A DNA stretch of 64,000 nucleotides from Vicugna vicugna (taxonomy: Eukaryota). The number at the start of each line of letters is the position of its first letter. Positions within the stretch are counted from its first letter, which is position 1. The stretch covers positions 1,860,001 through 1,924,000 of the forward strand of contig MU058444.1 in the NCBI GenBank assembly GCA_013265495.1, in the 5' to 3' direction. Positions 24,660 to 37,327 of the stretch are shown here, piece after piece. The position numbers were made by a program, and so were the translations under genes. The notes below the pieces were generated by a model. The model worked only from the letters and a program-made list of their open reading frames with translations, had not been told where the DNA came from and did not search any database.

Positions 24660-24879
24660 TATTCCCTGAGGGCCACCGCCAAAGAAAATGGTACAGTTCA
24701 CACATCTCTTTGTCGTGGGGTGACTGATGCGGAGGGATACAGGGAAAGACACTGTGGCAGGAACGTATTCCCGTATACCCGTATTCCCTGAGGGCCACCG
24801 CCAAAGAAAATGGTACAGTTCACACATCTCTTTGTCGTGGGGTGACTGATGCGGAGGGATACAGGGAAAGACACTGTGG
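24660..24879. repeat. Perfect 98-bp direct duplication with 24-bp spacer
   Basis: 24660-24757 and 24782-24879 read identically base for base. Confidence 0.97.
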
Positions 24880-24944
24880 AAGGAGAATGGGGGGACACTC
24901 ACGGTATTTTTTCTCCCCTTTCTCGTGTCTGTTGCAGCCTCTCC

Positions 24945-25335
24945 TGCGAGCCGGCCCAGTCCCTTGTAACGGTACATCCACAAGCAGGCGAAACTCTGAG
25001 AGAAGCTCACCTTGCTGGACAGTTTAAGTGGGAGCTGGGAGCTGCAATCTGAGGGTGGGATCCCCGCACTCTGAGTACCAGGCGGCACGCCTCCTGGGGT
25101 CTGCACGAGCATTTAACACACGCAAAGCAGCAGAGCGGAGAGAGGCCTGGAGAACTGAGCTAGGACGCAAACAGCTCCCTGCCCCAGATAAGCCGGGGGC
25201 CGGGGGCGGACCTCAAAGCAAGGCCAAGCCTCCCCAGTCCGCACGGACGGCGGAACTGCCACCAGAAGACGAGGGACCCACTCGCGGTCTGAACCTCCCC
25301 GGGCAGATCACCTGCTAAAACCACGCACACGAAAT
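24945..25335. promoter_or_regulatory. Short CpG/GC-rich patch with GC box; possible regulatory element
   Basis: Locally dense CpGs in non-repeat sequence and GGGGCGGA at ~25203. Short for a formal CpG island. Confidence 0.35.
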
Positions 25336-25395
25336 CCACAGTCTGCAGGTGATTTCAGCAGGAGGCAGAGTGCTGTCACCTGATATTTAAAGCAT

Positions 25396-25845
25396 CGGTG
25401 CTGGGACTAGGGTGAGGTCAATGAGGCACTTGCTTTGGGTGGAAATTTTAAAGAACGGGGGACCCCAAAACTCATTGAGATAACGAATGGGAAAGCAATT
25501 CTTAAAGAGTCAACATCGATGTGGGGTAGGGCGGAGGGTATAGCGCGTGCTTAGCATGCACAAGGTCCTGGGTTCAATCCCCAGTACCTCCTCCAAAAAA
25601 ACCAATAAATAAACTTAATTACCTCCTTCCAACCCTTCCCCCAGTTTTTTTTAATTTAAAAAAAATGCCAAAAATTTCATGAACTTTTAAATAATATTAC
25701 ATATATTTTAAATTTAATATTAAATTAATTTTACTTAAATAAAATTTAAATCAATTTAATTATTAATATTTAAATGAATTTTAAATAAAGCCAAGATCAG
25801 GATTTTTTTTTCTTTTGCGTCAGACTCTAAGATGGCTCTGCATCA
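25396..25845. mobile_element. hAT DNA-transposon fossil (MER96-like), interrupted by a SINE
   Basis: 'gggactagggtgaggtcaatgaggcact...aaattttaa' and 'ttttaaataaag...cttttgcgtcagactctaagatggctc' flank the SINE. Family name from recall. Confidence 0.6.
25523..25645 (+). mobile_element. Vic-1-type SINE with A-box deletion
   Basis: gagggtatagc^gcgtgcttagcatgcacaaggtcctgggttcaatccccagtacctcc; lacks tcaagtggtagagc relative to the other copies. Confidence 0.88.
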
Positions 25846-26218
25846 TTTCTGATGCTGCGAGGAGACGGTGAGGGAGCCCCAGGGGTAATCTGGATAGCCC
25901 ATCTCCCAGGGCCCCGAGCAGGGCAGAGCGGAGACCAAAGTAAACCCTGAGAAGCAAGCAGAAGGTGCCCAGTACACATCAGACTCGCAGGCACCAAGCG
26001 TCACAAAGACAGGCAGATGCCCGTCTGAAAACGGGGACGTGTAGAGAAGGTTTCTGTGGAGCAGGTAGACGCCCTGGCTCCGTCCCGCAGGAGACCAGAG
26101 CTCCCAGGGAATTTGAATTAAGAGGATGGCGCTGAGGAAAGCTAAATGTAGTTGAGGAAGGAAGGATTAAATGAAAATCTGTATCCTGACCGATGGGACA
26201 CTCTGCCAAGCAAACTGG

Positions 26219-26720
26219 TGTCAACTGAGGTAAAACGCATAAAAGCTTAAAGTTACGGTTTATTCGTCAGACTTTCTGAGGACTCAGCGCAGCACACAGC
26301 CTCTCAGGTCACTCGAAGAGATTGTTCCAAAGTGGCAAGGGAGGGGCCAGGATATGTAAGTTTTTGTAACGAAGACCAGGTAGTGGGAACATCAAAAGAT
26401 TACTGTTAATTAAAGAAAACCAAATTTATCTCAAGTTAAGGAATTTAGCGCTTTTCTATGTAAGGAAGGTGCACAAGCCTGGGCTCACTGAAAGCATCCC
26501 TTTGACGTGCACCTGGCTGTCTAGGGCCAGTGTCCTGTTCTTTCCCATCCTGAGTTCCCTCAGGGGGCACCGGTGGGGGTGGCAGCAGAGGCCAGGCTGC
26601 CTGCTTGTCTGCATCCTGAGATCCCCCCGCTGACCGTCAGGGGTGGTGACAGCGGCTGATGACTTGCTGGCCGCAGCATCCTTTGTTTACTGATATGGCT
26701 GGTAATACTTTTCATTCACA
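26219..26720 (-). mobile_element. ERV1-type solo LTR (same family as 11054-11540)
   Basis: TG...CA termini, 4-bp TSD CTGG (26215-26218 and 26721-26724), and shared blocks such as 'ccatatcagtaaacaaag' and 'ggacactggccctagacagc'. Confidence 0.92.
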
Positions 26721-27408
26721 CTGGCATCACCTTTCTCTCTGCTCCCTGGCCTAAGAGAGCGAGCGGGCAGGCAGAGCCAACACCAACTCACCCGCATCCT
26801 TGCCAGCGACTGGAGGGTTCATCCTTGGAAGGACCAGGAGTCCTAAAGGGAAGACCTGCCGATACTGCCTGTGGTGGTTTCAAATCTGACTATTTGGCGT
26901 CATTTCTGGAATTTTTGCCATCAGCTTCTTTGCTGTAAATATCTTTGCTGCAAACACTTTCACTGCATAACTAATTGGCTGTTAAAGCAATTTTGCCATG
27001 AAGGATAAAGTAACTGGTTTGACTGGTTTGGTTTCAAGTGGTTGCAATGCGTGAGCCTGTCTCCCAGGTTGTGAGGATGGTGACGGTTTTATTGAGCTGA
27101 CAGATGATGACAACCTGCCCCAAGATTTGGTTTCTTATTTTGAAACACACTCTCCTGGGAGAGAAAGAGACCCAGGGCCTCGAAGGCTCAGCGTGAATCC
27201 ACGTTCCCCACAGAACTCCGGAACGGCTGTCGGTGGATCATGTGACAACGTGCCGAGAACACCCAGCAGTGCAGAGGCCTTCACAATGTAATGAAAAGTT
27301 TGGTTACAAAGCCGCATCCTAGAGCTTAGAAACTGATGCCTCTCTTACTGACAGAAGAAATGTAAGCAAAAGAAAGTGTGATGGCAAACAGGGAGACAAA
27401 TCACAAGC

Positions 27409-27500
27409 AAAAAAAAAAAAAATATATATATATATAATAACAAATATAACAAAGAAAGAATATAAATATAAATATATATAACAAATATAACAAATATAAA

Positions 27501-27531
<31 letters not shown>

Positions 27532-27535
27532 TAAA
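27409..27535. repeat. A/(TA)n low-complexity tract
   Basis: Seen directly. Confidence 0.9.
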
Positions 27536-28074
27536 AATACTATGAACAAAAGACTTGGGAGACAGTGCCTAAGCACAGCCCACAAAATAAAATCAGTCAT
27601 TCATGCCACGAATCTGCACACATTTCAAATGTACTCAGATATTTTGTATTTCACAATAAAGTCTCTTAGTTTTGTTATTCACTTTTCATGTTTTGTTATA
27701 TCTTTTTAATAGTCCTTCTTTTTTGTTATTTTTTCTTTTATGGCAAAACTGCCTTACAATCAATTAGGTCTGCAGTGAAAATGCTTCCAAATGGCCGTTC
27801 AGTCCTTACATTTAAATACGGATAACCGGAGACACAAATCATCTCAGGAGGCCTGTAACATAAAAGACAAAGACCGAAACAATGAGAAAAAAAAGGAACC
27901 TTGAACAGAGACAACGCAGGGAAAGGAAGAAAACCTAAACACAAAGTTGACAGAATCTACCCAAAGGGAGAAGCAAAAATGTTAAACCCCAGAAATGCAA
28001 GAGAAGTGAATAAAAATGTAGACATGGGTCCAAGAGACCGAACATCTGATAACAGAATAAAGTATTATTTTGCA

Positions 28075-28382
28075 CAAGAACATGGATGAATTTCACAAAC
28101 AAAAAGCTGACGAAGAGAAAGCAGGCATAGAAGGGAACTTTTGGTATGATTTCATGTGTACAAAGTCAAAGCAGGTAAGATGAGTCCCCAGGGCTAGAGG
28201 TCAGGCGGCGGTCACCTCTGAAGGCATGATGACCCATGACCAGGGAGGGCCAAGGCCTGCTGGGCGCTGTCTCCTTCTTGACATGAGCCCTGGGCACACA
28301 GGCGTGTTCGTCAATTAAAATCTAAGCTGTAGCTTCATCAATTGTGCATTTTTCTGTATATATGTTGTACTTCAATAAAAAA
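28075..28382 (+). mobile_element. Old L1ME-like 3' end
   Basis: 'catggatgaatttcacaaac...gtatgatttcat...ttgtgcatttttctgtatatatgttgtacttcaataaaa'. Confidence 0.7.
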
Positions 28383-28387
28383 TATAT

Positions 28388-30030
28388 TTGGCATTTTTCA
28401 TAGAACTAGAACAAACAGTTTTTTAATTTGTATGGAAACACAAGACCCCAAATAGCCAAAACAATCTTGAGAAAGACGAATGGAGCTGGAGGAATCACAG
28501 TCCCCTGACTTCAGACTAGACAACAGAGCTACAGTAATCAAAACAGAATGGTACTGGCACAAAAGCAGACACATAAATCAGTGGAACAGGACAGAAAACT
28601 CAGAAATAAGCCCATGCACTTATGGTCCATTAATCTACCACAAAGGAGGTAAGAATGTACAATGGAGAAAAGACAGTCTCTTCAAGAAGTGGTGGTGGGA
28701 AAACTGGACAGTTACATGTAAAAGAATGAAATTAGAACATCTCTAGCACCATATACAAAAATAAACTCAAAATGGATTAAAGACCCAAGGTAAGACTGGA
28801 TACTCTAAAACTCCTAAAGGAAAACACAAGCAGAATACTCTAATACAAAATTGCAGCAATGTTTTCTTGGATCCGTCTCCTAGAGTAATGGAAACAAAAG
28901 CAAAAATAAGCAAATGGGAACTGATTAAACTGAAAAGCTTTTGCTTTTAAGCAAAGGAATCCATAAACAAAATGAAAAGACAACCTTACGGAATGAGAAA
29001 ATAACTGCAAATGATGCAACTGACAAGGGATTAATTTCCAAAATATACAAACAGCTCATACAGCTTAGTATCAGAGAAGCAAACAACCCAATCAAAAAAT
29101 GGGCAGAAAACCCACATAAACATGGCTCCAAAGAAGACATACAGATGGCCAACAGGCACGTGAAAAGATGCTCAATGTCGCTAATTATTAGAAAAATGCA
29201 AATCAAAACTATAAGGAGGTATCATGTCACACCAGTCAGAATGGGCATCATTAAAAAATTTTACAAATAATAAATGCTGGAGAAGGTATGGAGAAAAAAG
29301 GAACCCTCCTATACCATTGGTGGGAATGTAGTTTGCTGCAGCTATTAGGGATATAGTATACAGATTCCTTAAAAAACTAAAAATAGACTTACCATATGAT
29401 CCAGCAATCCCACTCCTGGGCATATATCTAGAGGTCTAATTAGAAAAGATACATGCACCTCAATGCTCATAGCAGCACTGTTTACAATGGCCAAGACATG
29501 GAAGCAAACTAAATGTCCATTAACACATGAATGGATAAGGAAGATGTGGTATATTTATACAAAGGAATACTACTCAGCCATAAAAAAGAATAAAATAATG
29601 CCATCTGCAGCAACATGGATGGACCTGGAGATTGTCAAACTAAGTGAAGGAAGTCAGACAGAGAAAGACAAATATCATATGATGTACTTTTATGCAGAAT
29701 CTAAAAAATTATACAAATGAACTTATTTACAAAACAGAAACAGACTCACTGACATAGAAAACAAACTTATGGTTACCAAAGGGGAAAGATGGGGGGGAAT
29801 AAATTTGGAGCGTGGGATTACCGTATACACACTCCTATTTATAAAATAGATAAACAAGGACCTACTGTATAGCACAGGGAAATATAGTCAGTATCTTCTA
29901 ATAACCTGTAATGGAAAAGAATCTGGAAAAGAAAAAATTTAAAAAATATATATATGTGTAACTGAATTACTTTGTTGTACACCTGAAACTAACACAACAT
30001 TGTAAATCAACTATACTTCAATATTTTTTA
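28388..30030 (+). mobile_element. 5'-truncated lineage L1 (ORF2 C-terminal part plus 3' UTR), disabled
   Basis: Successive ORF fragments 28480-28746, 28941-29270 and 29463-29720 translate to L1 ORF2 motifs ([30 protein letters not shown]), broken by frameshifts and stops. 3' UTR ends 'ctatacttcaat'. Confidence 0.97.
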
Positions 30031-30139
30031 AGTATCTAAAAAATCAAGTGAGAAAATCAATCCATGCATTTACATTACGATGTACCACCAATGACAATGG
30101 TGTCCATTTTAGAAATCACACAGCTGTCTCTTCTTTTTT

Positions 30140-31230
30140 TAAAGACTCGGGAACTGACTTGAATAGATTCCCCCTGGCCACAAATGGGACATCTTAATTT
30201 GAATATTAAGGATAATAAGAATAATAAATAAAATGGAATAAAACAAACCTAATGGGTTTAAGTCCATGAGAATAAAAAGCAATTCTCATTTCACCACAGG
30301 ACAGCGATGGGAAAACCAATCCATTCTTTTAAATAAAGGGAACAAATCAGGTCTTTCTTCTGCCGTTTCTTTACAGACTAAAACTCAGCAGGACTTCAGT
30401 GTTGATGAAGGGCTTTCACTTTGTATCCCTCCAGCTAACCAGTTAAGGGGGAAGACAGACCTCTCATACCATCACTTCGCAATCCCTGCTAAATTAGTGG
30501 AATGAAACAGAGCAAACGGGCATCACTCACCGCCTCCTGTGGAACGGTCCTGCTGAGCGTCAGACCTGAATCCGGCCAAACCTCTACACCCAGCGGCCAA
30601 TTTCCAGAAACAGACTGCACAGAGAAGCTCATTAAACAGCACCATGGAGATGCAACCAGCAGTATCCAGACCATGGGAAACTCCAAAGGACAAGTAACCA
30701 GTGTTCAGTGAAAAGTTACAAGGGGAAAAAAGAAAGAGAAAGATGGAGGGGAACCTACAGATGTCAAGAGAATTAAGAGACACACCAATCAATTGTAACG
30801 GATGAAGCTTATTTGAGTTCTGACGCCAAGAACATTGTAAAAGACAGACGGATGGATGGATAGATGATAGACAGATAGACAGGCAGACAGATAAGCAAAT
30901 AAATAAGGCTATCAGAAATATGAGCCCTGTCTGGCGATTTGATGATATTAAGGAAATATTGCTTATTTCTGAGTCCTGGTAATGGCACTGTGATTTTTCT
31001 AAGCATCTTCCTCCTTCGGAGACACACCAAGTTCAGACACAATTTGCTTGGGTGATCGGTAAAGACGGCGGAGTGGACTGGACGGAGGTACAGGGGTGCA
31101 GAAGAAACCACGACCTGATGGTTGGTACCCGGCTGATTGGCCCAGAGGGCAGTCACTCTAATCTTGGTTGTAACTTTCTGTAATCATACAGACCCTTGCT
31201 TATCTCACATGTTACAGTCTTGAAGGAAAA
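30140..31230 (+). mobile_element. Old L1MC/MD-like 3' region
   Basis: 'acctgaatcc...atgggaaactc...ggaacctacagat...ttaagagacac...tttgatgatattaaggaa' are L1MC-type motifs. Contains a GATA/GACA-like simple repeat at ~30845-30895. Confidence 0.65.
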
Positions 31231-34200
31231 GGCCCTGTGGAAGCCCCTACACCTGCAAGCCCTCAAATCTGAGCCCCCCAAATTGTGGAGGAGCAGAGAG
31301 GAAGACGCTGCGGGGAAGTGGGGTGGGGGCGCTGCGTGAGCACCCCTCCCCTCCCGGCCCGTAGCCCCAGGCATCACTATCTCAAAAAGCTGTGTCAGAG
31401 CCAAAGCTCTGTGAAAATTAACTGCGTAAGGCCAAGTGTAATTAAAATGTCTACAATGTTACTGTTATTTTTTACATTTAGTAAGTGGTTTGTATTTTTT
31501 ATTTTAATAAGTAGTGCCTTGGCGTTATTAAGTTTCTTTCTCCAAAGTCACATGGATAATTAAACAACAGAGCGATGCAGCTGTACTTTTATTTCTTGAT
31601 GACGATTTTTCATTTCCCTGCTTCTCACTCCTTCAAGAAACTCGCCCTTTGACGCCGTGTGGCTTCTGGGGAGCAATTATTCACATCATAAGAGCGGTCA
31701 TGAGATGCAGGTGCGCCAGTCAGAAGTTCCCATGCTCCAAACCACAGGAATCGGTCAATGTTGGGTCCAAGATCCAAGAAAAAAGTCAATCAGAGCTTTT
31801 TCAGATACTGACACATGGGACTGGTCTCCTTCACGGCTGAACCGGGAAGACGCACGTCCAGGGCTCCCTGCGGCTGCCTGTCTCAGTACGTGGGGAGTCT
31901 CCCAGCGGAAGCTACGCCGTGTCTTCATGGTAACATCAGAGGGTGAGCGGCGGGGAGGGTGGTCCGTGTCAAACAATGACTGCCTTATGGAGTAAGAGCG
32001 ATTTCCTCATAAAAGGTATCCTTTGAGGCCAGATGTTGACAGCTTGCTAACAGCCGACATTCCTCACGCAGCGCCTTGGAGCAGCCTTGGGAAATTTGTT
32101 GACACATTCTTGTTTCAAGAGGCTTCCTTAGCCACCGAGTCCTGCCGGGAACCACTTCCTTCTGAAGAGGCTTTTGTGTCTTTGCTGGAGATGATTCAAT
32201 TTTCTCCATGGAGGAGCCTTGCTGCCTGTTTACAAAAATAATGCCCACAGCCCAGCCTCCAAGATCCTGAAGCGATCATGGCAGCTTCGCTGATTTTCTT
32301 TCCAGATACGGTGCAAAAATGTTCTGGAACGCCTCTCTGTTGGCTTTTTGGAAATCACAACCACAACCCAAGGCCACTAATGTTTTATCAGAGCTTTTGC
32401 AAATTCTGCAGAATCCTGTGAAACCTTTTTTCTGGGTCCTCTGAATATGTCATTCATAAGAAACACGTTTCTTTGGAAATGGGCACCTGACTGCGGGGAA
32501 TATGAATTGGCACTATGCCACTTTGCATGTCTTCTGGTCACTTCAAGGCAACCAACCCTCTTATAAAGTCTATTTTCTATACTCTTGAATTTTCCTTCAG
32601 GGCTAAAGTTTCATAGAATGATATATATCAGAGAAAACCTACTGACCTCAGAGGGTTATAATAAACAGGAAAGGGTACCACGGTACCAAGGGTACCACAG
32701 TGACGTCTGGAAAGGCATGCTTCCCCCACCTCTGAGCGTCCCCAGAGAGGGAAGGCATCTTACAGTCCACAGCATCTTCTGTCACCATCAGGAAGAAGCA
32801 GTCACAATCCAGCTGTCATCGCCTGTCCATGCACAAACTTTGCTGTTAACCCTGGTGGCAGGGCTAGCGACTCAGCTTCCAGGCAAAGGGCCACTTCAGA
32901 ATCATCTGAGGAAGGGGTGTGGGTCCCGGTTACTGTCTGAAAACCTTCTGCTGAGACTTAAGAAAGCACCACACCAATCCTTGCAGAACAGGTATCTGCA
33001 TCTCGGAGGGAAATCCCAGAAGTCATCAGGAAATGCTGGGTAGAGAAGCGAGAACCTCGACAACTCTGTAAAAAGTGATTCAGCGATGATAAACTGAATG
33101 CAAAAAACAAGCAAAACTCTTAGGAACTCCTTAACCAATTGAATTTGCTTGTGTTTTCTTTTCTTCTCTACACACAACGCAGACACACGATAAAATAAAC
33201 CAACATTTAGCTAAGTCCAAAACAACTCTTTCCACATTTATACAATAAAAACGCTACGTGATGAGGCATTTAGTAATACTTTGATTGCACATTTTTTTCT
33301 TCCTTGGTGACACAGAAAATGATGGCGTATCTCACATTTGTTTCAGATTTGAGGGGATACAAGTCAGAAGAGGTCACTACCGTGGCTCACACCTTATTGG
33401 TTTTCAACAAACTGCGGAAGTTGTTGTCAGGGCTTAACAGTTGTCAAACCTGGCTGAATCAAGAGGCAACATTTGAGGATCATCTGCAAATTCATTGTGT
33501 ACAAAATCCCCCGAGTCAAGTGTGGGACAGATGATACTGATTTATAACCTCCACATCCTCCATATCAAAGTGTAATTTGACCCACATTCTCCCTTGGCCT
33601 CTCTCCCTGGTTACCTTGTCTGTGTGATGGGGAGCGCATCAGCCTCAGGAGGCAGACGGAGCAAGAGAACTAGAAACCAGAACCGCTCAAACCCGCTGGC
33701 TTCGCACCCATTACTCAGTCTGGTATGTCGATGAGCTTCTAGTATCTGTGATTTCATCTCACTGGAACTGCAAGGAATTTGGAAGAAAGGACCAACATCT
33801 GAGTATGGAAAATTGCCCCCAACACAGCCCCGTGTCAGGAAAGCTACTCAAAGAATACAACATAAAGAGGAAAAGAAAGTATCTAAAATCTCCACATAGT
33901 CTGGGAAAACAAGTCACATTTATTAACACTATTTTAAATTGCATAAAAATACCTGTTATGATCAAGTGGATAAACAGAAGGATCGAAATGTGTGTCGAAC
34001 CTTTATTTTATACAAACAGTGAAATGTGGGGTATTTTCCCTTCTGGATGGCAAAAGGCTTCTATTCAGCAGACGTTTACCTAAAGCAAAGCACATTTTAT
34101 ATTCTCAATAGTAAATTTCTACCTACCCTATATTGACTAATTTTTATTAAACCTTTCATAGAATTTAATAAGAACTGACATTGATTATCAATTCCAAAAT

Positions 34201-34976
34201 AGAGCTTTCTGTCAAAAGTTATAGAACACATCAGCTCATTCCACATCAAAATTACTCTGCAGAATTTTCCTGGTATTTTCTGAAAACTGAGCCACATACA
34301 TGTTGTGGAGATGACTGACCACCAGAGGGCGGCAAAGCACCTCAATACTTGCCCTCCGCTGTCAGTCCGCCAAGTGAGGTCATGGAATCAGGGTGTGTTC
34401 CTCTGTTTATTTCTTGTAAGTCTTTCATTATATAACTAATAAAGTTACATTTTTTTTTAAAACCTGAAAGTATGAGGCATTAGAACATTTGTCATGGGTT
34501 TTTCTGAACACGCCCTCAAATTTCTCTTGGTGAATAATGTTCTGTTTCTCCTTGGATTGACATGTGAATGGAGGATGGAGGAGAAAGGCAAGCAGCCCTA
34601 ACCACGCAGCCTGTTAAAAGCAAGGATCCTGTGCAAGACTGAGGCTGCAGTATGTGAGTCTGAGAAGCAAGAGAAAGAAGAATTCCCGGCGCCTCTGGCG
34701 TCCCATCCAAGTCCCATGTCAGAGGAAACGAAACTGTTCCTTAAGCTAATTCGTGATCCTCTCCGAGTGTAAAGTCCCTGCAAAGTGACCAACACTAAAC
34801 CAGCGAGATGTGACGTGCTCGGAACACCCCTGAATAATCATTTTATTTTTACTGCGAATAAACAATTGCATAAATTTAAAAAAAAATGTCTATTGATCAT
34901 CTTAAAAAGATGAGAGCTGGGGTATCGCAGCCCTGATTTTTTCATAGGATTCCAAGTCATCCCCCTGGAATCAGAG

Positions 34977-34978
<2 letters not shown>

Positions 34979-35008
<30 letters not shown>
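34979..35008. repeat. (CA)n microsatellite
   Basis: Seen directly. Confidence 0.97.
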
Positions 35009-35010
<2 letters not shown>

Positions 35011-36451
35011 GATGGACGCGCAGAGGGCAGGGAGGGGAGGGCGCGCCACGCATCCTGCCCGCATCCTCCGGGGTCACGTGGGGAGGCGGCTGGACCACTC
35101 TGAGGGTCACAAAGGCTGGATTCAAAACCACAGCGTCAGGGAGAACAGACTCAGAGATGGGCCTGGGATCACTGCAAACCCAGTGAAGGTCGAGAAAAGG
35201 CCCTTTTATTAAATTCAAGAAGAAATCCCTGCCACGCAAGTGTTGTGACCCTGGGCACTAACTGAGGTGACCAGGGCAGCAGAGTTCCCCCAAAATAGCA
35301 GGAAATGGAACAGGCAACGGGCAGGTGAAAGGGTCTTGGCAAAAAGTCGGCAGCACAGATATAAAAGGCACTGAAAAGATTTAAAATTAAAATGATGTGG
35401 GTTGAAGAGAGAAAACACTCCATGGTACCTTTCGGGGGCACCATCCCTCAGAAATGAATGGAAATGTATTTAAATAACAAAAACATATTTTGATAAGCCT
35501 CTGGTAGAGAGAATGCTGAAACTGTTCTTGGCAACTTCCACCTTCTTCTTTTCTTGTTGATTTAATTTTTACATCTGAGGATATTGAATTTAAAGGCTAA
35601 CCAGATGATGGTTACAAGACAGGAAGTCGGGAACCAGTAGTTTTTATTACCTGCTTGTCCTGTGATTGTGTTAGGCGGTTGGATAGAAATGAGCAGGGGG
35701 CAGGGGAAGGGGAACAATCCAGCAGATAACAGTAGCCAGGGCTCAGGATAAGGGGCTTCAAAGAGTTTTACTTTCTCTACATGAGGGCCAACAAAGAAGC
35801 TGGTTAGAATCGGACGCTGCAGCAGCTCAGCAGAGAGAAGGACCCGACTTAACGGAACCCAGTGCTCATTATAATGAGATTAGCATCGCGGTGTGGCCCT
35901 TCCGCAGGTTTTCCCGTGTGCATCCTGGGTGAGAGCACGGGCAAAGGAGACCAGCACGCTCAAACACTCAAGGGACGTGGGCTGTCCCTCAATCACCACA
36001 GCGTCCTGCGCCAGGACACAGGACAGGACAATCAAAGGAGCTGCTCCACTTCCTTTCCTCTCTCGGGCTGGCCTGCCTTCAGTTCTCAAAGATGGACTCT
36101 ACTAACTTTTGCTCTATTAGTCAAATTTTCTGTTTACATCATGCTTTCAGTCTCCCATTTGAATTCCTTCTCTCCGGTAAGACAAAGAACCGAGGCCTTT
36201 TTCCCCTCCTCGTGGTGACAGTTGGGACAGGTGGCTTAGCTTCGCTGACTCGCTCAGTTTCCTACAGCATGGAAAATAGGGTTAGACTAAACGTAGCCTC
36301 CCAAAGCAGAGCCCGGGGGCCTGTCCGCCTCCTGAGGGTCTAGCGCGGGCTGTGTCTAACACATGAATAACCAGGGCGTTCATTCATCGTGATCTTGTTT
36401 GCAGGTTACACAATTATTTGCTTAACTTTACTTTTAATACGGAAAACATGC

Positions 36452-36612
36452 CTCAATAAGTTCATACTGTACAGCACAGGGAGCTATGCTCAATATCTTG
36501 TAGTAACTCCTGGTGAAAAAGAATATGAAAATGAATATATGTATGTTCATGTATGACTGAAGCACTGTGCTGTACGCCAGAAACTGATACAACATTGTAA
36601 ACTGACTATATA
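36452..36612 (+). mobile_element. Short L1 3'-terminal fragment
   Basis: 'aagttcatactgtacagcacaggg...gaaaaagaatatgaaaatgaatatat...cattgtaaactgactata'. Confidence 0.9.
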
Positions 36613-37313
36613 TGTATATACACATACCCAAAAACGCCTAAAGTTGGAAATGAGCTAAATGCTCAACGACAGGAAATTCTTTTCCCTTATTACAATACAG
36701 TAAGAGACTACCAGGCATTCACTTGAAATGACGCAGCTCATCCAGTGCTCGGGGAACATGCTCAGGTTGGGTTGTTACAGGGAGAAAAGGAAGCTGCCAG
36801 ACAGGCTGATCACACTTCTGTTTCAAACAAATGGCGACTCTTCGCTGTTGATAATGTTCATCGCTTCTTGACAGGGTTGCTTTCAATGAAGAACTAACCT
36901 AAAGCACAAAAATCCAATATTTAACAGCAGTTTCTGACTTCTGGGAGTGATTTTTCTGCCTTGTGTCTGGCTGAGTGTGCTTTGCCACAACATGAACAAA
37001 GACCCCTGATACGTTTTTGCAGCCTCTGAGTGTCCCAGCCCTACTGAAGCCGGTGCCAGGAAGCAAAGCTGGGGCCCCAGGTTCATCCACGAGGGCCCTG
37101 GGCGCCGTTTCCAAGCAGACGGAACCGTGTCCTTTGGCTCCCTGGCCTTTTGGCCTCCCATGCAGAACAGCCCCCTCCCTGGGCTGCGGGCGGATATGAG
37201 TCAGGTCTCCAGGTCACCGCGACACAAAGAGCACTTTCCCCTGGAAACACTGGCCCGCCCCGCCCCCTGACCCGTCCACCACCTCACTCCACATGGAGGC
37301 CCCCCTCCCCAGC

Positions 37314-37327
37314 CCGCCAGGTGGCCA
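37314..37327 (+). promoter_or_regulatory. CTCF-like motif
   Basis: CCGCCAGGTGGCCA in a GC-rich unique patch. Confidence 0.45.

Noticed and set aside
24660..24879. Repeat-spacer-repeat as a CRISPR-like array
   Set aside because: Only two 98-bp units, in eukaryotic DNA, with a spacer derived from the repeat itself.
25686..25790. Extremely AT-rich quasi-palindromic tract
   Set aside because: Low-complexity expansion within a DNA-transposon fossil; self-complementarity is trivial at this composition.
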